Shown here: positions 9,164 to 19,468 of the stretch, piece after piece
How the letters are laid out: the number at the start of each line of letters is the position of its first letter
Numbering within the stretch: position 1 is the stretch's first letter
NCBI GenBank assembly: GCA_016935525.1
Contig: JAFGQU010000017.1
Span: 9,559-73,558 of the forward strand
Source of the DNA: Candidatus Omnitrophota bacterium
GTDB taxonomy: Bacteria; Omnitrophota; Gorgyraeia; Duberdicusellales; 4484-171
Reading direction: 5' to 3'
DNA length: 64,000 nt
Made by a program: the position numbers and the translations under genes
Notes under the pieces: generated by a model
Seen by the model: only the letters and a program-made list of their open reading frames with translations
The model's database searches: none
Told to the model about the DNA's origin: nothing

Positions 9164-11578
9164 TTACTCCTTGATTTCACCTGATATAAAAGTAAGGACA
9201 CCGTTATCCGTAGAAACATATGTGCCGTCTTCTGATTCATAAATAGTAAAAGTATTCTTCCGGCGGTCAATACGGTATTTCTTCGCGGGAGACATCCCGA
9301 AGATCACCTGCCGGCAGCCGTTTTGCATCTGTACGCTATAAGTTATTTTTCTATCCGCAGGATTCTTTTTTTGAAAAACTACGACCCATTCCTGGCCCCC
9401 ATTTTTTACATATATTCCGTCGAGCGCATCGTTATGGACGATAAGTTCGCTAACCGGAGCTTTGGCGACATCAATACTTGCTGCATAAAGAACATGTAAA
9501 AACTCATCATAGATGTTATTTGAAATCGGTTCAACCTCGATACGCCATGCCCCGGGATTTTCGTCCTGTCTCTCTTTAGAGATGCGGGAAGACGAAAGCG
9601 ACACGTTTTCCCCGTCAACCCAGAACTCATATCCCGCGCCGCCGATCCGGCGTACCAGAGATTTTTCCGGCAAAAGAGTATGAACAAATAATTTTCCGTT
9701 TCCCTCAACGATAGTATAGGAATCGGCTGTGTTCGATTCTACGATCCCGGCATCTTCGGCGCCTTGTATCACCTGATAAGGCCCTTCCAGAGAAGGCTTA
9801 CCGCTCTTATCATAATAATTCCCGCTATGCAGGAGCCATTTTTTCTTAAAATACGGCCGCGCAGCATCGATACGGTCATACACTATTATGAAATCCGGAC
9901 GTAAAAATACGAATTCTCTCTGAACAAAATCGACTTTTTTCGGCTGATTATTCCCCCGACCGGAATATGTATTGGTATACGCGTTGGTAAGATCCGTTTT
10001 GATGTAATCATACGGCCCGGAAAACTCATAGGCGGTGATCTCGCCCATTTTGAAGTTGTCCCATTCATTCTTGATGTACTCATAACTTACCGGATTATGG
10101 GTCGCCCCTTTTCCGCGGGCCGGCGGGGAATATGCACGAAACACCATCCGTTGGCCCCCGTCATTACGATTCAGGTTGCCGCGAGGATGTTCCGGCCAGG
10201 TTTCTTTCCGGTCATACACCAATACCACGTTATGAGCTATCGACCGTTTCCAATAATCCCATACATGCTCACGTCCGTGCCGTAAAGAATCATAAAAACC
10301 CGAATCTATAGCCAACGGCGCGTATTTATATATGGTAAACGAACCATGATCAAGCTGGGAATGAAATCCCCAATGAGTCCCGCTTTTAAACGAAATAAAC
10401 GTATCGTCCTCATCAAATCCCGTGCGCATGATGATCACGTCCCCGAATTTACGTGATAACGGGAGTTCGTTTAAATCCGCTTCTTTCTGATCGGGATCAT
10501 ACCACAAAAGGTAATAGATGAGCGGCGCCCTCGCTCTGCCGGTCCATACTTTTGTCTGGAGTTTTCCGCTTACCCAACGGTAATATTTGTTTAAAAACGC
10601 GGTGAAATAAGGATTTTTAAATGCCGACTGAAGCAACGCAATGCTGTTGATATCATAATAAGAAACCCGCGGATACGATACATCCGACAGATTCTCATAT
10701 TTATTATCAGGACGGATGCTATAGAGGATATAATATCCCGCGTTTTCTAAAAGCGAAAACTTCCCTTTCCAGAGGTTTACTTTCTCTTCGGTTGCCGTCC
10801 GCCAGGCTTCGGCATATTTAAGGCAACTGAATATCTGATGACGGGCATAGGTCGCCCCTTCCCAGTTACAGGCGCCGTCGGTCGCGACAATCGCATCCCA
10901 CAGGTTATAACGGATACCGTTACGAACTTCGCCTTCTTCCACCACCCGGCGGGCTTTATCGAGATATTCGGGCGCTTTCGGATTTTCGCCATAGGTAGCA
11001 AGGCCGGCGGCCAATATCGCGAATTCAGTAACCGCCGCGTAATTATGGAAATCCGGCAACCCGTGCAGATTTTTTATATTACCTTCATAATACTTATCGA
11101 TCAGATCGATGAAATATTTTTTTTCATCGGGAGTAAGCGCGTCATAACACCAGTCATACCCTATCGATAAGGCTTCCAAGGCAAATCCATATCCGCCGTT
11201 CCTCCCGCTATAGGCTTCGATCCATTTCGGCATACTTTTCATAGCGGTAATCGCATATTCGGCCCATTTTTTCTCGCCGGTCATCTGATAAAGATACCCG
11301 TATTTATAGATATAATCGTTGATATTCCTCATCCTCCCGGGAATACGTTTATGGTTCGTCCTTTTCGTGAGCAGTTCGAATCCATCGGAAAGCCAATAAT
11401 TCACTTTATGTTGAAACCCGGCTTTATTCTGGTTATTGATGAATATCCGGGGATGAGAAGTAACGATATATGAATACCGTGACCGGTCGAGAGGGACGGT
11501 ACTCGCAGGATCTTTTTGTTCAAACGATCCGCAGGCAGACGGTATGATCAAAAATAGACACAAAAATAAAGTTTTCAT
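9164..11578 (-). CDS. heparinase II/III-like polysaccharide lyase family protein (lipoprotein)
   Basis: Long ORF 9164..11791. The likely true start is MKTLFLCLFLIIPSAC at 11578, which gives a lipoprotein signal. Size and Trp/Tyr-rich alpha/alpha-toroid-like composition fit heparinase II/III or alginate-lyase-like enzymes. Confidence 0.55.
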   Translation of the reverse strand: MKTLFLCLFLIIPSACGSFEQKDPASTVPLDRSRYSYIVTSHPRIFINNQNKAGFQHKVNYWLSDGFELLTKRTNHKRIPGRMRNINDYIYKYGYLYQMTGEKKWAEYAITAMKSMPKWIEAYSGRNGGYGFALEALSIGYDWCYDALTPDEKKYFIDLIDKYYEGNIKNLHGLPDFHNYAAVTEFAILAAGLATYGENPKAPEYLDKARRVVEEGEVRNGIRYNLWDAIVATDGACNWEGATYARHQIFSCLKYAEAWRTATEEKVNLWKGKFSLLENAGYYILYSIRPDNKYENLSDVSYPRVSYYDINSIALLQSAFKNPYFTAFLNKYYRWVSGKLQTKVWTGRARAPLIYYLLWYDPDQKEADLNELPLSRKFGDVIIMRTGFDEDDTFISFKSGTHWGFHSQLDHGSFTIYKYAPLAIDSGFYDSLRHGREHVWDYWKRSIAHNVVLVYDRKETWPEHPRGNLNRNDGGQRMVFRAYSPPARGKGATHNPVSYEYIKNEWDNFKMGEITAYEFSGPYDYIKTDLTNAYTNTYSGRGNNQPKKVDFVQREFVFLRPDFIIVYDRIDAARPYFKKKWLLHSGNYYDKSGKPSLEGPYQVIQGAEDAGIVESNTADSYTIVEGNGKLFVHTLLPEKSLVRRIGGAGYEFWVDGENVSLSSSRISKERQDENPGAWRIEVEPISNNIYDEFLHVLYAASIDVAKAPVSELIVHNDALDGIYVKNGGQEWVVVFQKKNPADRKITYSVQMQNGCRQVIFGMSPAKKYRIDRRKNTFTIYESEDGTYVSTDNGVLTFISGEIKE

Positions 11579-11622
11579 TGCCTGATACGTACACGCCTTT
11601 TTTTTATCCATATATTTTTCCA

Positions 11623-12741
11623 TCATCGAATCCCCAATATAAATTTCAACGGTTTTATGCGGGTCTCCACCAATCGAGATATCGCAACCGGCAGAATGAC
11701 CCCGCCAGCCAGCATAGTCAGAAAGACTACCGCGTAAGGTAATGAGGCGATCTGGTATAGCCCGATACGCAAGGGGATCTGGATGAACCAATGCAATAAG
11801 AAGATCTGATAAGAATACCCGCTGATCCAGTCCATAAACCTTTTTTTGTTATTCGTAAAAAGATGAATAAAGGCAAAAGACATGCCGATCCCGCAAAGGG
11901 CGCCAAGGAACCGAAGCATCTCTACCCGTTGGCCGAAAACATAAGTACTCACATAAGTAATCGCTAACAATACGGCCAAAAAACCAATACATAATTTTCC
12001 GGGATGAACCTTAAGGGCATTCTCTCCGAAACGGTTCGCATAAAATATGATTCCGATCCAAAAATAAAAAAAATAATACATGACCCCTTCAATATTAAGC
12101 AGTTTGAGATGTACCGGTCTCATCAGGGTAAGGATTAAAAATAAAAAGGTGAGGGCCAGTGTCCTCTTATTGTTATTTGTTCCGATAGAGATCTTATAAA
12201 AAAACGGCATCACCAGAGAAATCATGAATAACGTAGGCAAAAACCAGAACAATATCACCGGATTATCCCAGGGGTAAAGCAGACTTTTGATATAATCGAT
12301 AACCGTCAACCGGATCGGCCTCATCGCATATTCCGAAAAAAAAGCTTTAGGGAAAAACGCGAGAGTACTTAAAAACACATAGGGAAGAATAAGCCTCTTA
12401 AATCTTTTCTGCACATATCCCCGGTAATCGAATACGGATGGCCCTTCCTGTGAATGAGCGAAAAGCATGCCCGAAAGAAACATGAACAGGGGGATGATGA
12501 AACTATAAAAGAAGTTGTAAGAAAAAATCACCGGCAATCTATTGGTCAGAGAATAGTTCATATCCGCGGTCAACGCGTGCATGAAAATGACGATAAGGCT
12601 CCCCAGATTCATCAGATAAGTAATCTCTTTTATATGAGCACTCTTATTCTTGATTGTTATCTTTCCGGTTCCCATGTCGCATCTTCTTTCTTTTGCGTGA
12701 ATTTTATTAATCCCAATAGAATGCCGAGGTTCGTCGTACAA
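11623..12741 (-). CDS. acyltransferase family 3 (O-acyltransferase) membrane protein
   Basis: About 10 TM helices and acyltransferase-3-like composition. The start is probably an internal Met, since the ORF overlaps the neighbouring GT2 3' end. Confidence 0.65.
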   Translation of the reverse strand: MYDEPRHSIGINKIHAKERRCDMGTGKITIKNKSAHIKEITYLMNLGSLIVIFMHALTADMNYSLTNRLPVIFSYNFFYSFIIPLFMFLSGMLFAHSQEGPSVFDYRGYVQKRFKRLILPYVFLSTLAFFPKAFFSEYAMRPIRLTVIDYIKSLLYPWDNPVILFWFLPTLFMISLVMPFFYKISIGTNNNKRTLALTFLFLILTLMRPVHLKLLNIEGVMYYFFYFWIGIIFYANRFGENALKVHPGKLCIGFLAVLLAITYVSTYVFGQRVEMLRFLGALCGIGMSFAFIHLFTNNKKRFMDWISGYSYQIFLLHWFIQIPLRIGLYQIASLPYAVVFLTMLAGGVILPVAISRLVETRIKPLKFILGIR

Positions 12742-13787
12742 AAATAATAAGGTACCACTATGACTTTTGGTTTTTTATCTTTATGAAAGATAAAACCGGC
12801 AACTGCCGCGGCATACAACATATCCTGCAAAACGAAGATAATTCCGTACACAAATGACCGTGAAATCAGCAATATATTGAGTAAAAACAGAAATATCATA
12901 AAAACCGGTATCAGTTGACGAAGCAATTTATGGGAAAAAAGAATAAAGGCGGTGACCGGATAAACAAAGATATTGAACATCTCTTTCATGTACAGTATTC
13001 CCCGGATGTTCTGATTGGCGATCCGGGCCCGTTTACTGAGTTCCTGCGATCGATGGACCACGGTTTCTTCGATACATAACGCCTGCGGCTCATATATCAC
13101 ATGGTATCCCTTTTTACGGGCACACAGCGGAATGATAAGATCGTCGGCCAACTTTTCGGGAAAATCAAAGTACAATTCTTTCCTTACCGCGTAAATCGAA
13201 CCCGACACCGCAACCAGACTTCCTAACCGGCTTTCGAGTTTTCGTACCATCACCTCATACTTCCAGTACAATCCTTCGCCACCGCCCAGGTCCGAATCGG
13301 CAGGATCGACATATTCAAGCATACCGCCGACACACCCCACTTTTTCATCGGCAAAATGACGTACGAGCTTCCTGAGCGCGTCTTTTTCATACATCCCGGT
13401 CGCGTCGGAGAAGACAAATATCTCGCCTTTCGCCTGCCGTACGGCAGTCTTATGTCCGGTTACTTTACCGGAGCGTTTTTCCATCTTCACCAGCTTTACC
13501 TCGCTATATTCCCCGACGATCGAATCGGTAGAATCGGTCGAACCGTCGGATACCACCATGATCTCCAATTTATCGCGGGGATACTCTAATGATAACGAAT
13601 TCTCGATCTTCTTTCTGATAACCTTCTCTTCGTTGTACGCGGCGATGATGATCGTCACCGAAGGAGTAATATCATTCTTTTTGACAGATACAGACTTCCT
13701 TCCGGCTATAACGGACAGCAGGAGCGGATAACCGAAGTAGGCATAAAAAACAATCCCCGCGCATAACCAGAATAATAGCTCGATCAT
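12657..13787 (-). CDS. family 2 glycosyltransferase with C-terminal TM helices
   Basis: SVTIIIAAYNEE ... VVSDGSTDST DxD-type GT2 signature. Confidence 0.8.
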   Translation of the reverse strand: MIELLFWLCAGIVFYAYFGYPLLLSVIAGRKSVSVKKNDITPSVTIIIAAYNEEKVIRKKIENSLSLEYPRDKLEIMVVSDGSTDSTDSIVGEYSEVKLVKMEKRSGKVTGHKTAVRQAKGEIFVFSDATGMYEKDALRKLVRHFADEKVGCVGGMLEYVDPADSDLGGGEGLYWKYEVMVRKLESRLGSLVAVSGSIYAVRKELYFDFPEKLADDLIIPLCARKKGYHVIYEPQALCIEETVVHRSQELSKRARIANQNIRGILYMKEMFNIFVYPVTAFILFSHKLLRQLIPVFMIFLFLLNILLISRSFVYGIIFVLQDMLYAAAVAGFIFHKDKKPKVIVVPYYFCTTNLGILLGLIKFTQKKEDATWEPER

Positions 13788-15151
13788 CGGGCGCTCTCCT
13801 CTATGGTTCTCATCACATCTTCAAACGGCGCCAAACGGACCAAAGGTATGGTCACCGATTCTTTACCGGTTGAATCTTTCGGGTTTTTTTGAATATCGAC
13901 CGGATGACCGGCGATATCAACCGACGCCCGGCGAACATCGGGGACGTAAAAGGTAACGCCTTGGAGTTCGATTTCGGTCGGGATATAATCCCCTCTTACC
14001 GGGTCATTTACTTTATCGATATGGATTAAAACAGCCCCATCTTTCTCTTCAACCCGCCATTTGAGGTATTTCGTAACGGTATAATACTGCAACAACTTAC
14101 CGGTCGTAGTCACATACACATCTTTCCTGCTTTCTAAAGCCAGGTTGGAAAAAGCATCGCGGGTACGTTGAGAAAACGGCTGACCGTTTTTCGCGGACTT
14201 GCTTTTCGCCAGATGAGCAAATACGACCATATACCCCTGTTTTTGTTTCAGCCGTTTTAATGTCTTTTTTGAAAGCAGTACGGGGATGCTGTCGGCATCA
14301 TCAATGCCGAATCTCCCGTACCGGGTAAAAGAATATACTCTTTGGCCGTCACGAAGAGTGACTATCCTCGCTAAATCATTATCACCGTCATATATCTTAG
14401 CAAACAGTTTTTGCCGTAACGACTCCGCGACAATACGGATACCGGTCTTCTTCTGTACGACCAGCAGTAATGAAACGCCTATCTGAAAAAAACGGTAGAT
14501 AAAAGACCTGCTAGATACACAGCGGTCTAATTTAGAAAATGCCGCCTCAATGACCCCGCAAGGCCTTCCCTGCCCGATGATCTCCGTCAACTTATCTATC
14601 CAGACATAACGAATGCCGCCTGAGACCGTAATATCGCTATGGTACATGCTTTCTTCATACTCACAACATTCCCGTTTGTCTCCGTCGGCGCCCACGATAC
14701 AAGAAGTATCGCCGCAGGCATTAGACAACCCGATATTCTGGAGATTGAGCATATTACCGTGGTTAGTCCATACCGCAATATTCATAGATTTATTCTTCAT
14801 CAACTCAACGCCCCGCTGCGCTAATTTCCGGCGAAAACCGGGATATTGGCTGAAATTACCGTAGGTATGAAGAGAATCTATATACCCGTGTTGGACCATC
14901 TTCTCGATCAAAGCGGCAATCGCCGAAAGCTCATCGCTGAGCCCTTTAAAATAAGAAAAACTCCCGGTCAGGTCGTTTTCTATCGCGTACATCCAGAACG
15001 AATCGGCAATTTCTAACCCTAACCCTTCATCTTTTGAGGAAAGAAACGAATGGATAGCGATAAACTTCTCTTTCGTCATATAATCGATATCGTTACAGAT
15101 CGATAATGCCGCTTTATAAGGATAAGGGAATTTCCTTAATATTATTTCCAT
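13784..15151 (-). CDS. hypothetical polysaccharide-locus protein
   Basis: 455 aa with no motif recognised. Co-oriented with and overlapping its neighbours. Confidence 0.45.
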   Translation of the reverse strand: MEIILRKFPYPYKAALSICNDIDYMTKEKFIAIHSFLSSKDEGLGLEIADSFWMYAIENDLTGSFSYFKGLSDELSAIAALIEKMVQHGYIDSLHTYGNFSQYPGFRRKLAQRGVELMKNKSMNIAVWTNHGNMLNLQNIGLSNACGDTSCIVGADGDKRECCEYEESMYHSDITVSGGIRYVWIDKLTEIIGQGRPCGVIEAAFSKLDRCVSSRSFIYRFFQIGVSLLLVVQKKTGIRIVAESLRQKLFAKIYDGDNDLARIVTLRDGQRVYSFTRYGRFGIDDADSIPVLLSKKTLKRLKQKQGYMVVFAHLAKSKSAKNGQPFSQRTRDAFSNLALESRKDVYVTTTGKLLQYYTVTKYLKWRVEEKDGAVLIHIDKVNDPVRGDYIPTEIELQGVTFYVPDVRRASVDIAGHPVDIQKNPKDSTGKESVTIPLVRLAPFEDVMRTIEESAR

Positions 15152-16470
15152 GGTTTTTTCTTGTTACTTGGAAACTTGCTATTTTGCGATAATTCTTCCT
15201 CATGGTCGTTTATTTTCTTGAGCGCCGCCGAAACCGGAAATATCATCCATATGCTTTTATTCAACAGGATACCGCTCATAAACCCGCACAGTAAAAACAC
15301 GATTACAGAGGTCTGGATGCATACCACTATGGTCGTGATAAACGTATCTTTTCGGCGCAGTGAAGAAATTTTCGCCGCCCGCAGGTCCCGGAACACCGAC
15401 AAGATGAACAGAAGATACAAGAACAATCCTACCAGGCCTATTTGAGAACCTACCTGCACGTACAGGTTATGCGCGACTAACGCGTGTTCACTCACTACTT
15501 TTACATCATCGGATGTCGCAGCCATATTGATATATGTCCCCCGGAACCTGCCCAGCCCCACACCGAACAAAGGATTTTCCATCATCATCTTTATTCCGGC
15601 TTTACCGGTCTCAGCTCGTCCCGCATCAAGCTCTTCGGCAGAATCAGCCCGGGTAATAGTCCGCAAGCGCCCCCACATCGTGTACTTGGCGTGCGACGGG
15701 AAAAAGTCGATCGCGATCAAAAGGCAAATAACCGTAATGACCCCGGCAACGATCTTTTTTTCTCCTTTAAAAAAGAGAGCGACAAACAGAAAAATCGCGG
15801 CGATAAATCCAATAAACCCCGAACGGGAATAGGAGATAACTACCCCCGCGGTAAGTATGGCGAGAAACCCCAGGATAAGCGCCCGGACCCGAGCCTTATA
15901 TTTGCCATAGACTAACAATCCCATCGCAAAAGGGATCAACAGCGCCAAAGAGATCCCTAAGGCGTTAGGATTATCAAAAAAACTTACGATACGTCTCACT
16001 CCCCGGTCATAAATACCCAGATTGAATTTAAACTGGTATATCCCGTACACGGCGGTGATCACCCCTAATAGTAAAAAGATCCAGGTAATGATCTTTAATT
16101 GTTTCTTGGATTGGATGATACAAATGAACAGAAAATACGGCAAAAAAGAGCGGGTAAGAATGATCTTAAACATCTCAAAACTGAAACCGCCGTGTACGAT
16201 TGAAGAGACCCCCATCCAGATAATAAAAAAAATCATGAATTTTATCTGTCCTGATTTGGGATTGATAAAATCTTTAGCGGAACATACATGGAGAATATAC
16301 GCCGCAAGGACAATAATTCCTAACGTCATAGTAGGGTTATATTGGACAAACTGAGGGAAAAATTGTAACGGTTCGGTATAAGAACCGGCGACAAAGATCG
16401 GTAACACAAAAAAAGGGTTTATCATCGTCACGATAAAAAGGAACATTCCCGCAATAATGATTATAAACAT
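15142..16470 (-). CDS. O-antigen ligase/Wzy-like polymerase family membrane protein
   Basis: About 11 TM helices. A periplasmic-loop segment with YSRSGFIGF resembles the Wzy_C/O-antigen-ligase motif. Confidence 0.6.
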   Translation of the reverse strand: MFIIIIAGMFLFIVTMINPFFVLPIFVAGSYTEPLQFFPQFVQYNPTMTLGIIVLAAYILHVCSAKDFINPKSGQIKFMIFFIIWMGVSSIVHGGFSFEMFKIILTRSFLPYFLFICIIQSKKQLKIITWIFLLLGVITAVYGIYQFKFNLGIYDRGVRRIVSFFDNPNALGISLALLIPFAMGLLVYGKYKARVRALILGFLAILTAGVVISYSRSGFIGFIAAIFLFVALFFKGEKKIVAGVITVICLLIAIDFFPSHAKYTMWGRLRTITRADSAEELDAGRAETGKAGIKMMMENPLFGVGLGRFRGTYINMAATSDDVKVVSEHALVAHNLYVQVGSQIGLVGLFLYLLFILSVFRDLRAAKISSLRRKDTFITTIVVCIQTSVIVFLLCGFMSGILLNKSIWMIFPVSAALKKINDHEEELSQNSKFPSNKKKPWK

Positions 16471-16482
16471 CAGGTTCTCCCT

Positions 16483-17649
16483 TTAATTACGCAGTGTTTG
16501 ATACACTATCGTTATTTTTTGAGAATTTTCATCCCAGAGTAACCGGTTATCATTAATATATCTTTTACCCGCAAGAGCGATCAATTCAGCAAACAGCTTA
16601 TCCTGAGAAAACCGGATAATACATTCTTTTATTCGAAGAGTATCTTTCGGATCAATCAGGAGGCCGTTTTCCTCATCAGTTATGATCTCCGGGATCCCTC
16701 CGACCCGCGATGCAATTACCGGCAGGCCGCAGGCCATTGCCTCATACAGCACATTAGGCATACCTTCATTAAGGCTCGGTAAAAGAAGCATATCGGCGGT
16801 GTTCATCCAGAGAGGGATCTCCTCAGGATTTATCCGTCCGGTCAATTTGAAACAATCCTCCAGGTTTTCCTTTTTTATCCTTTCGGTGATACCCCGTTTT
16901 AAATCCCCGTCTCCGACCATCACAAAGAGATATTTTCGGCGTTCTTCTTCGGGAATCAATAGTGCCGCATCGATCAGGCTTTGGGGATTTTTTATCGCGA
17001 CCAGGTTTCCCACGTACAAGACAATCGTTTTGTCTTCAGGTAAATCCAGCTGTTTTCTCATTTTTTGCTTATCCATAGGGAAAAATATTCCGGCATCCAC
17101 GCCTTTAGGCATCACCTGAACCTTATTTTTGCCCCCTAACGCCGTTATTTTTTCTGCCAACTCTTTACTTACCGTGATTATTGCATGCGCGTGTTTGATC
17201 GCGTATCTGATCAAACGGCGCACTATGAAACTACGGGATAATACATTAATATCTGAGCCGCGGGCGGAAATGACTACCGGTTTTTTAACCATTCTGCCTA
17301 AAAGCACCGCGGCAAATCCTTCCGGGTATACCCGATGGGCGTGGATGACATCAAAGTCGAAACTGGTTTTTATTTTCCGTATTACTTTTTTCGTAAAAAG
17401 GTAAAACCAAAACCCTTTTACCGGATTAAACAACGGTCCCGGCAAAGGGAGATATTTCGGATAAAAAATCTCTATTGCACCATCCTTGCGACTCGCCATG
17501 CCATTTCCCGGCCACCCCGGACGCGGCGATATGACACGGATATCGCAATAGCCGGACAATGATTCTACCTCCCGCTGGATAAAAATACCGAAAGAGGGAT
17601 TTGCCGTATCGGGATACATAAGCGATAGTATTAATACTTTATTTTTCAC
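16483..17649 (-). CDS. family 4 glycosyltransferase
   Basis: C-terminal EGMPNVLYEAMACGLPVIASRVGGIPEII (E-x7-E GT4 motif). Confidence 0.85.
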   Translation of the reverse strand: MKNKVLILSLMYPDTANPSFGIFIQREVESLSGYCDIRVISPRPGWPGNGMASRKDGAIEIFYPKYLPLPGPLFNPVKGFWFYLFTKKVIRKIKTSFDFDVIHAHRVYPEGFAAVLLGRMVKKPVVISARGSDINVLSRSFIVRRLIRYAIKHAHAIITVSKELAEKITALGGKNKVQVMPKGVDAGIFFPMDKQKMRKQLDLPEDKTIVLYVGNLVAIKNPQSLIDAALLIPEEERRKYLFVMVGDGDLKRGITERIKKENLEDCFKLTGRINPEEIPLWMNTADMLLLPSLNEGMPNVLYEAMACGLPVIASRVGGIPEIITDEENGLLIDPKDTLRIKECIIRFSQDKLFAELIALAGKRYINDNRLLWDENSQKITIVYQTLRN

Positions 17650-19190
17650 GCGTTACTTTCTATCGGTTTCCCGTTCTTTTTCGGCGACACCGGCCGGCGC
17701 GTTTTCTCCTGCCACAGATGGACGGCAAACTTTTTCATCTCCATTATGATGCCGGTTTTTTTATTGATATAAATGATAAGCGGGATATTCAGCGCGAAAA
17801 ACAATAAAGACCGGATTAAAAAAGTAATAATGTCACCGGGTATTCCCTGATATATTCCAATCGAAACCATACTTACCGAAAAAAGGCATCCGATCATATA
17901 CACAAACGGAACGTAATTCTGAATATAAAATCTTATCCGGGACCGGAACCCCACTTTATAATGATGCAGGAAATTATTGCTTAAAAGAGTGGAAAAGACA
18001 AATGAACTTGCCATCGTACAGAAAGCGACTCCCAACAACCCCTTATTCAGCCTTACGGCGATATAAATAAGCACCGCGTTAAGGATGATTACCGCGGCGC
18101 GAAACGGATAGATATGATGGATCTTTTTCGTGACGATCAAAAAGTTGGGAATACCGGCCTGCAGGATACCAAAAAAGAAAGAGACGACCGCGATCTGGGT
18201 AATAAACGTCACCGGAGTATATTGCGGTAAAAAGTATTTGATCAAAAACGGGATGACCAGCGCGATCGACCCGAGAAAAAGCGGCGACAAATAAGCCGAA
18301 ACGATCATCGGTTTAAGGACGTAATTTTTGATACTTTTGATATCATTGTTGTGTTTCCCCAATTGTTCGGCCAGATTAGGAAATATCGTCATAAAGATCG
18401 ACATGTACAGGACCCCCATGAACTGTTTGATCATCGTTGCCAACCCGTAGTACCCCAAAGCGGTAGTATCAAAGAACTTAATGATCATGAATTTATCCAC
18501 GCTGGCCATAAGGTTATTGGAAACCCCGTTACCTAAGATCGGCACCCCTATTTTAATAAGACGTATAGATTCTTTGATATTCACTACAAAGCGCGGTTTG
18601 AACTTACCCGCGCGCATCGTATATTGATTCACTATCGCAAACGATAAAAACATCGCGACAAGAACCCCCGGAAGTTTGAAAAAATATCCAAAGACACAAA
18701 CCCCGACTAAATTGGCCATAGTATAGATGACTTTCACTCGGCTGCGCAGAGAGAATTGTTTCTGAGCAAGAAGATAATGTTCCAGATAATACTGAAAATG
18801 CTGTTCGATCGCGATGAGAGCGACAAAGGTCACGCCCAGCATCGATATGCTGGCCGTCTTTCGCAGGAAAAAGGCGATGATGACGATCAGAAGGCTCCCG
18901 ATACACGCCAGGGCCATATTCGTGCTAAACGTGACATTCTTGATCTCTTCGATCTTATCGAGTTCTCCCTTGCCTTTGTGAAACGGGATCTCCCTCAGCA
19001 TCGCCCAGAGTATTCCTAACCCCGCGTGCATGGAATACATCAAAATAAGACGATATATCTGTAAGACACCATACAGAGCCGGGCCAAGGATACGGGCGGT
19101 AATAACCGCCTGAAGTATAGAAAAAACGGTAGCGATCATCATGCTTCCCGTATACACCGAACTGTCTTTCATTAAGTTTTGATATTTCAT
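17646..19190 (-). CDS. Wzx-type polysaccharide flippase (MOP superfamily)
   Basis: 514 aa with 12-14 TM helices. The N-terminal basic motif and layout are typical of PST/Wzx proteins. Confidence 0.75.
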   Translation of the reverse strand: MKYQNLMKDSSVYTGSMMIATVFSILQAVITARILGPALYGVLQIYRLILMYSMHAGLGILWAMLREIPFHKGKGELDKIEEIKNVTFSTNMALACIGSLLIVIIAFFLRKTASISMLGVTFVALIAIEQHFQYYLEHYLLAQKQFSLRSRVKVIYTMANLVGVCVFGYFFKLPGVLVAMFLSFAIVNQYTMRAGKFKPRFVVNIKESIRLIKIGVPILGNGVSNNLMASVDKFMIIKFFDTTALGYYGLATMIKQFMGVLYMSIFMTIFPNLAEQLGKHNNDIKSIKNYVLKPMIVSAYLSPLFLGSIALVIPFLIKYFLPQYTPVTFITQIAVVSFFFGILQAGIPNFLIVTKKIHHIYPFRAAVIILNAVLIYIAVRLNKGLLGVAFCTMASSFVFSTLLSNNFLHHYKVGFRSRIRFYIQNYVPFVYMIGCLFSVSMVSIGIYQGIPGDIITFLIRSLLFFALNIPLIIYINKKTGIIMEMKKFAVHLWQEKTRRPVSPKKNGKPIESNA

Positions 19191-19207
19191 AAAATTAAGG
19201 TCACAAG

Positions 19208-19468
19208 GTCACATAGACACATAGTCACAAGTTGAAGGTCACACGTTGCACGACACATAGTCACACGACTCCTCTCAGGATTTCTACAATACGAGATGCT
19301 GCTTTGCCATCCCACACACAAGTCACAACGTCACATAGACACATAGTCACAAGTTGAAGGTCACACGTTGCACGACACATAGTCACACGACTCCTCTCAG
19401 GATTTCTACAATACGGGACGCGGCTTTGCCGTCCCACACACAAGTCACAACGTCACATAGACACATAG
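19208..19468. repeat. tandem 122-bp direct repeat (2.1 units), each unit a family-A arm plus a degenerate copy of the last ~17 codons of wecB
   Basis: Unit starts at 19208, 19330 and 19452. ORF 19261..19443 encodes ...WDGKAASRIVEILRGVV, which mimics the wecB C-terminus WDGKAAQRIVEILKGDM. Confidence 0.8.

Noticed and set aside
19261-19443. 60-aa minus-strand ORF downstream of wecB.
   Set aside because: It is a chimeric read-through of the tandem 122-bp repeat that carries degenerate copies of the wecB 3' end. It is not an independent gene.
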